From NCBI GenBank assembly GCA_027007025.1, contig JALTFL010000001.1:248-64247 (forward strand): a stretch of 64,000 nucleotides of DNA, read 5' to 3'. Positions 59,135 through 64,000 of the stretch are shown here, piece by piece. This stretch comes from Nanobdellati archaeon (GTDB lineage: Archaea > Nanobdellota > Nanobdellia > CSSed11-243R1). A program made the position numbers and the translations under genes. The first letter of the stretch is position 1. Each line of letters begins with the position of its first letter. The notes beneath the pieces were generated by a model, which worked only from the letters and a program-made list of their open reading frames with translations, was not told the DNA's origin and did not search any database.

Positions 59135-59345
59135 GGGCCCGTGGCCTAGTGGCTATGGCGTCCGCTTGACGAAACCCTTTCTTCCAAGAAAGCATTTACG
59201 GAAAGAAGGGTGTTCAAAATGCGGGAGATCCCCGGTTCGAAAGCAGCCTTTCTTTAGGAAAGAAAGCCTGCAGGGAAAGAAATTTCTTTTCCCTCAAGGC
59301 TTTTCTTTTTAAGAAAAGGCTTGCACGAAAGTCCGGGCGGGCCCA
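59135..59345 (+). tRNA. tRNA-Val (GAC) with two introns
   Basis: exons 59135-59172, 59221-59242, 59333-59345 give 73-nt cloverleaf; acceptor GGGCCCG/CGGGCCC, anticodon stem TCCGC/GCGGG loop TTGACGA, T arm CCCGG-TTCGAAA-CCGGG; introns 48 nt (anticodon loop) and 90 nt (T-loop). Confidence 0.8.
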
Positions 59346-59384
59346 TTTCTAAAGTTTTAAATATGTAACTCATTTTAATCTTAT

Positions 59385-59738
59385 ATGGCAAAGAAAAAGA
59401 CAACGAAAAGAAAAACAGCTAAAAGAGCACCAAAGAGAAAAGTCGTGGAATTGAAAAACAAAGCAGCTATGAATACAGTACACTTGGTTTTTGAGATTTT
59501 GGCGGCAGCAGGATTCGCGATTGGGTTAATTCCATTAGGATATCTGTTCTCTATGTGGTGGGTAATACCAATGACGTTGATATCGATGATTATCTCTGTG
59601 ATGTGGAGCAAAAAAACGTTGACTTTAGATGTTGTTACTTTTATAATGAGTCTATTGTCAATAATACCTATATTGGGTTTTGTTGCAAGGGTTATTGGTA
59701 TTATAACAGCTGCAGTAGCGGCTAAAGATTTAATTTAA
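59385..59738 (+). CDS. small membrane protein with Lys/Arg-rich N-terminus
   Basis: 117 aa; MAKKKTTKRKTAKRAPKRK then 3 TM helices. Confidence 0.35.
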   Translation: MAKKKTTKRKTAKRAPKRKVVELKNKAAMNTVHLVFEILAAAGFAIGLIPLGYLFSMWWVIPMTLISMIISVMWSKKTLTLDVVTFIMSLLSIIPILGFVARVIGIITAAVAAKDLI

Positions 59739-59744
59739 TTTTTT

Positions 59745-62700
59745 TTATTTTTTTGGTAGTTTGACGGAAACTATTTGTGATTCTCCAAGTTGGTTCATGT
59801 GCACTCCGTATATTGTATCTGCATATGAAAGAATTGCGTCGTTGTGGGTTACGACTATGAACTGCGAGGTTTTTGAATATTCCGACAAAAGCTGGGCAAG
59901 TTTTTCTGAGTTTTCCCTGTCAAGAGCTGCTTCAACTTCGTCCATTATGTAAAATGGAGATGGTATGAATTCCTGAACAGCGAATATGAATGCGAGGGTT
60001 ACCAGTGTTTTCTCGCCCCCGCTCATCGCTCTAAGGGATATGAATTTTTTTCCTCCGGGACGGGCGATTATATCAAGTCCACCTTCAAACGGATTCTCTT
60101 CGTTTTCAATTACAAGTTTTGCCTCTCCGTTTGGCGAAAGAATTGAGAACACCCTTTCAAAGTTCTTCGCGACATTGTTGTATGTTTCAAGGAAAGATTC
60201 CCTTTTCTTCTCCTCTACCTCATCCATGACTTTTAGAATCTCATTCTTTTCTTCATCAAGCTTGTCATACTTTGCTTTTAGTTCGTTGTATTCCTTTTCG
60301 ACTTCGTTGTAAACATCAAGGGCGCGGAGATTGACAGCTCCAAATTGAGATATTATAGATTCTAAATGTTTAATCTCGCTTTCAAGCTCATTAACACTTT
60401 TCGTTACTTTTTCTATCTTTATGTCTGAAAATTCTTCCATTGCAGTGCGCTTGCCTTCAAGTTTCGCATTTGTTTCTGCTATTTTAAGCTTCAAGTTGTT
60501 GAAGTCATCTTTTAACTTTTCAATCTTTTCGTCTATTCTTGCCCTTTTTATTTCAATTTGTTTTATTCTTTCATTGAGTTTGTTTCTTTTGTCATACAAC
60601 TCCCTTAATTTTGTGTGAAATTTCTTTTCTTCTTCAATTTTTTTCTCAAGCTCTTTGTTGAAAGTTTTCAGCTCAATACTGGATTTTTCAATTGCTTCTT
60701 TGAAAGAGTTTTCTTCCTTCTCCAAGTCTTTGAGCAACTTTTGAGAATGCTCCAAATCTTTTTGAGAGATTTCAATTTCAAATTTGATTCCACCTTTCTT
60801 TGCTTCTATCTCATTCAACTTGTTTTGCATTTCATTTATCTGGTAATTCAGCTTTTTGATTAGAGAATCATCCACTTTTACTGGAAGGTTCTTCATCTTA
60901 TCCTCTAGAGATTTCTTCTCATCCTCCTTCTCTTTAAGTTTCTCCTTTAACTTTTCAAACTTAGTCTCATCAACTTCTTTGATTCCCTCAATTGACGCAC
61001 TAAGATGGAATATCTCCCCCCGCATATTTGTAATCTCTTCGATTAATGTTTCTCTTTTGGATTCAATTGTTGAGATACTCGAAGCAATTTCGCTTAATTC
61101 TGATTTTATTTTTTCAATTTTTTCATCGATAGGCTCGCTGCTGAATCCAAGTGTTCCCTTTTGTCTATACCCTCCTGAAATTGCTCCGCTTCGTTCTATT
61201 AAATCGCCTTTTAGGGTCACCATCCTATAGCTGTTTATGCCAACTTTCTTTGCTGTTTCTATTGAGTCCACGATTAACGTGTCAGAAAGTATGTGTTGAA
61301 ACACCTTTTCGTATTTCTTGCTGAATTTTACTAAATTTATAGCATAATCAACTACACCCTCAATCTTGGGTGGTTCCCTTTTGATTTTTTCAGTTTTTAG
61401 TTTATCAAGCGGAAGAAATGTTGCCACGCCAAGTTTGTTGTTGCGCAAATAGTTTATACATTCTTTTGCGGCATTCACATCATCGACTACAATTGCATTG
61501 CTTCTCGAACCTGCCGCGACTTTTATAGGTATAGAATATTTTTCATCAACTTTTGCCAAATCATACACCAAACCATGGACTCCTTTTAATTCTCCCCGTT
61601 CTTTCGCCGCCAGGACGGCGCGTGTTCCCTTGTTCAATAATCCAAGTAGCACGTCTCGCTTTCCTTCGAGGTTATGAAGCTGTTTGTTTAATCTTTCCCT
61701 TTCGCTTTTTAGATTTGACAATTTAATCGCGAGATTTGCATCATTTTCAGCCTTTTCCTTGAGCAAGCGCTCTTTTGTAGAAAGCTCCTTTTTGGTTGTC
61801 TCTGCCTTTTTGATTTCATTAAGTTTGTCTTCAAAGGAAGAAATTTCATTTTTTATCGAAACTATCTCTGTTTCTATCTCACTAATTTTTGAGGCTATCT
61901 CGAGCCTTTCCTTGTCGGCGTTGCTTACCCTATTAAGCTCAACCTTCAACTGGTTTATTTTTGATTTTATTTCTTCCCCTTCATTTATTAGCTGCGGAAT
62001 TTTTAATTTTGATTGTGTCGCATTTTTCTCATTTATTGATATATCATTTAATATCTGCTTCTTTCTTTCATTGATTCTTATAATTTCATTCTTTTTTCCT
62101 TTTATTTCTGCGTTGAGCTCATTGATTTTAATCCTCAAATTTTCAATTTGGTTGTTGAGTTCTATCTGTTCCGTTTCGCCAAGCTTTTCTGTTGTGCTGT
62201 TTATTTCTTCAATTTCTTTTGTGATATCCTCTATTTTATTTGATAACTCCGCTTTTTGATTAGTTAACTTATCTATTTCTTCTTCTTTTGCTTTTAATTT
62301 CTCGTCAAGCTTCTGCCTTTCGGAATTTATATACTCCATCTCCTTGAATATCCTTGCCGCTTTGGAGTATCTTAGTTTTTCATTTAAATCTTTGAATTTT
62401 TCAGCTTCATCTTTTTCTTTCTTTAGCTCCTCCATATGTCTTATTTTTTCATTTAGGATGATGCGAGCTTCTTTGAGTTTTTGTTCTACTTTATCTATTT
62501 CTAAAAGGCATTTGTGTTTTTTTTCTTCATATATAGAAATTCCGGACAAATCCTCGATTATTTTTCTTCGTTCGTCAGATGACAATTCAACAAATTTTTG
62601 GATTTCCCCCTGCATGACAATATTATACCCGTCAGCATCGATGTTTGCATAAGCAAGTAAACTTTTTACGTAATCTCTTGTCTCCCTTTTCCCGTTTACG

Positions 62701-63041
62701 CGGAATAAGCTTCTCCCTTCTTTATCAACTTTCCTGCTTATTCTTAGCTCATCTTCATCGATAGGAAACTTTCTGTTTTTATTATCGATTATAATAGTTA
62801 CTTTAGCGAATTTGCTTGGCGGAAGTTTTTTTCCACCATTGAACACCAAATCCCCAAGCCTTTCAGCCCTTAAATCCTTTTTAGATGCTTTTCCCAAAAC
62901 AAAGCATATTGCTTCGGTTACGTTACTCTTCCCGCTCCCATTCGGGCCCATGACACAGTTCAATCCCTCAGGAAAAGTGATTTCTTTTCTTCCAGAGAAA
63001 GATTTGAATCCAAATATTTCAAGCTTTTTGATGTGGTTCAT
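59745..63041 (-). CDS. smc: chromosome segregation protein SMC
   Basis: N-terminal Walker A GPNGSGKSN, long coiled coils, hinge, C-terminal signature LSGGEKTL and Walker B. Confidence 0.9.
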   Translation of the reverse strand: MNHIKKLEIFGFKSFSGRKEITFPEGLNCVMGPNGSGKSNVTEAICFVLGKASKKDLRAERLGDLVFNGGKKLPPSKFAKVTIIIDNKNRKFPIDEDELRISRKVDKEGRSLFRVNGKRETRDYVKSLLAYANIDADGYNIVMQGEIQKFVELSSDERRKIIEDLSGISIYEEKKHKCLLEIDKVEQKLKEARIILNEKIRHMEELKKEKDEAEKFKDLNEKLRYSKAARIFKEMEYINSERQKLDEKLKAKEEEIDKLTNQKAELSNKIEDITKEIEEINSTTEKLGETEQIELNNQIENLRIKINELNAEIKGKKNEIIRINERKKQILNDISINEKNATQSKLKIPQLINEGEEIKSKINQLKVELNRVSNADKERLEIASKISEIETEIVSIKNEISSFEDKLNEIKKAETTKKELSTKERLLKEKAENDANLAIKLSNLKSERERLNKQLHNLEGKRDVLLGLLNKGTRAVLAAKERGELKGVHGLVYDLAKVDEKYSIPIKVAAGSRSNAIVVDDVNAAKECINYLRNNKLGVATFLPLDKLKTEKIKREPPKIEGVVDYAINLVKFSKKYEKVFQHILSDTLIVDSIETAKKVGINSYRMVTLKGDLIERSGAISGGYRQKGTLGFSSEPIDEKIEKIKSELSEIASSISTIESKRETLIEEITNMRGEIFHLSASIEGIKEVDETKFEKLKEKLKEKEDEKKSLEDKMKNLPVKVDDSLIKKLNYQINEMQNKLNEIEAKKGGIKFEIEISQKDLEHSQKLLKDLEKEENSFKEAIEKSSIELKTFNKELEKKIEEEKKFHTKLRELYDKRNKLNERIKQIEIKRARIDEKIEKLKDDFNNLKLKIAETNAKLEGKRTAMEEFSDIKIEKVTKSVNELESEIKHLESIISQFGAVNLRALDVYNEVEKEYNELKAKYDKLDEEKNEILKVMDEVEEKKRESFLETYNNVAKNFERVFSILSPNGEAKLVIENEENPFEGGLDIIARPGGKKFISLRAMSGGEKTLVTLAFIFAVQEFIPSPFYIMDEVEAALDRENSEKLAQLLSEYSKTSQFIVVTHNDAILSYADTIYGVHMNQLGESQIVSVKLPKK

Positions 63042-63145
63042 TCTAATTTAGTATAAGTTTAGATTGTTTTTAAATCATTGTGTCTAATAATCTATTGAAA
63101 TTAAAAAAATATAAAGGTGCTCACAGTTAAATTAATGGGTCAAAA

Positions 63146-64000
63146 ATGAGGAAGCCAATGAAAAATTATATAATTCGTATTGGGACTACTAAAGTAGCAG
63201 TGTCCATAAATAAGGAAGAAGGCAAATTTGTTCCGATTTACACTCTTAACTTGCCAAAATTGGAACCCGCAACACTTGCTTTTTTTGAGGATGTTAGGGA
63301 CAAGTTGATATCCACAGTTCCAATTAAATTGGAAGTTCTTAGGGACCCAACAGAATTTGAGAAAATTAAATATGTGCTTTCTAATAAGGCAACAGAACTT
63401 ATTAAAAAAGGGCTTCCATCAGCGCCTGATGAAGTCGTTGATTTTGGTGTGACCTTTTTGTTGAATGAAATGCTTGGATTAGGCAATATTGAATTTTTGC
63501 TTCATGACACAAATCTTGAAGAAATTGTCATTAATGACAGTAAGGAACCAATTTGGGTTTATCACAAAGAGTTAGGTTGGCTTCAAACAAATATTATCGT
63601 TGATAGCGAAGAACAAATAAAAAATTATGCGTCAATTGTTGGCAGGCGTGTTGGACGACAGATAACTATCTTAAACCCGCTTATGGATGCCCATTTAATA
63701 ACAGGAGACAGAGTTAATGCTACCCTGTTCCCAATTTCTACAAAAGGCAACACATTGACTATAAGAATGTTCAGGAGGAAGCCTTGGACAATTACTGATT
63801 TCATAAAAAACAAAACACTAAATTATGAAACTGCGGCGTTGTTATGGCTTGCAATTCAGTATGAAATGAGTATAATCATCGGCGGCGGAACTGCAAGTGG
63901 AAAGACAAGTATGCTAAATGTAATTCTTCCGTTCATACCGCCAAATCAAAGGATAATTAGCATAGAAGAGACAAGGGAAATTAACCTACCCACCTTCTTG
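63146..64000 (+). CDS. FlaI/PilB/VirB11-family secretion ATPase (type IV pilus/archaellum assembly), 3' truncated by window edge
   Basis: own translation of frame from ATG 63146 gives Walker A GGGTASGKTSML; no stop before window end. Confidence 0.8.
   Translation, partial: MRKPMKNYIIRIGTTKVAVSINKEEGKFVPIYTLNLPKLEPATLAFFEDVRDKLISTVPIKLEVLRDPTEFEKIKYVLSNKATELIKKGLPSAPDEVVDFGVTFLLNEMLGLGNIEFLLHDTNLEEIVINDSKEPIWVYHKELGWLQTNIIVDSEEQIKNYASIVGRRVGRQITILNPLMDAHLITGDRVNATLFPISTKGNTLTIRMFRRKPWTITDFIKNKTLNYETAALLWLAIQYEMSIIIGGGTASGKTSMLNVILPFIPPNQRIISIEETREINLPTFL

Noticed and set aside
63238-63813. Two minus-strand ORFs (82 and 62 aa) near the window end
   Set aside because: They are antisense to a clearly conserved FlaI/PilB-type ATPase reading frame on the plus strand.
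1-64000. Search for transposases, integrases, CRISPR-Cas, restriction-modification or other defence islands
   Set aside because: No ORF showed DDE or tyrosine-recombinase, Cas, or methyltransferase-endonuclease signatures. The window is housekeeping core apart from the toxin-antitoxin pair and surface proteins.

Overview
This 64 kb window is low-GC (roughly one third G+C), gene-dense, and archaeal in every informative gene. It looks like core chromosome of a small-genome archaeon, possibly DPANN-like (inference), not an accessory island.

Coding content:
- Replication: family-B DNA polymerase; an ORB-flanked AT-rich origin followed by orc1/cdc6 and the PolD small and large subunits; archaeal DnaG; RPA; type IA topoisomerase; SMC; archaeal histone.
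- Translation and RNA processing: ValRS, MetRS, TyrRS, ProRS, SerRS, aRF1, aIF5A, CCA-adding enzyme, NOL1/NOP2 m5C methyltransferase, aCPSF1, LigT, an NFACT/Rqc2 homolog, MetAP2.
- Other: proteasome beta subunit, bacterial-type MetK, MazG, UppS, a RelE-type toxin-antitoxin pair, a partial FlaI/PilB-type ATPase at the 3' edge, and two very large adjacent secreted N-glycosylation-rich surface proteins (one a 1881-aa S8 subtilase).

RNA genes: an SRP (7S) RNA and three tRNA genes. All three tRNAs are interrupted by two or three introns each, at the D-loop, anticodon loop and T-loop.

Most notable observation: the tRNA introns share a conserved ~35-nt core (consensus CACCCTTTCTTAGAAAGAAAGCGTGCACGGAAAG, built from a CTTTCTT/AGAAAG hairpin plus a CGTGCACG palindrome). 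The same element also occurs outside introns: directly 3' of a tRNA, inverted directly 3' of the SRP RNA, and as degenerate tandem hairpins between convergent genes. This looks like a genome-wide family of small structured repeat elements that may double as tRNA-intron cores and as terminator or 3'-processing hairpins.

No CRISPR array, rRNA, transposase or obvious defence island is present.
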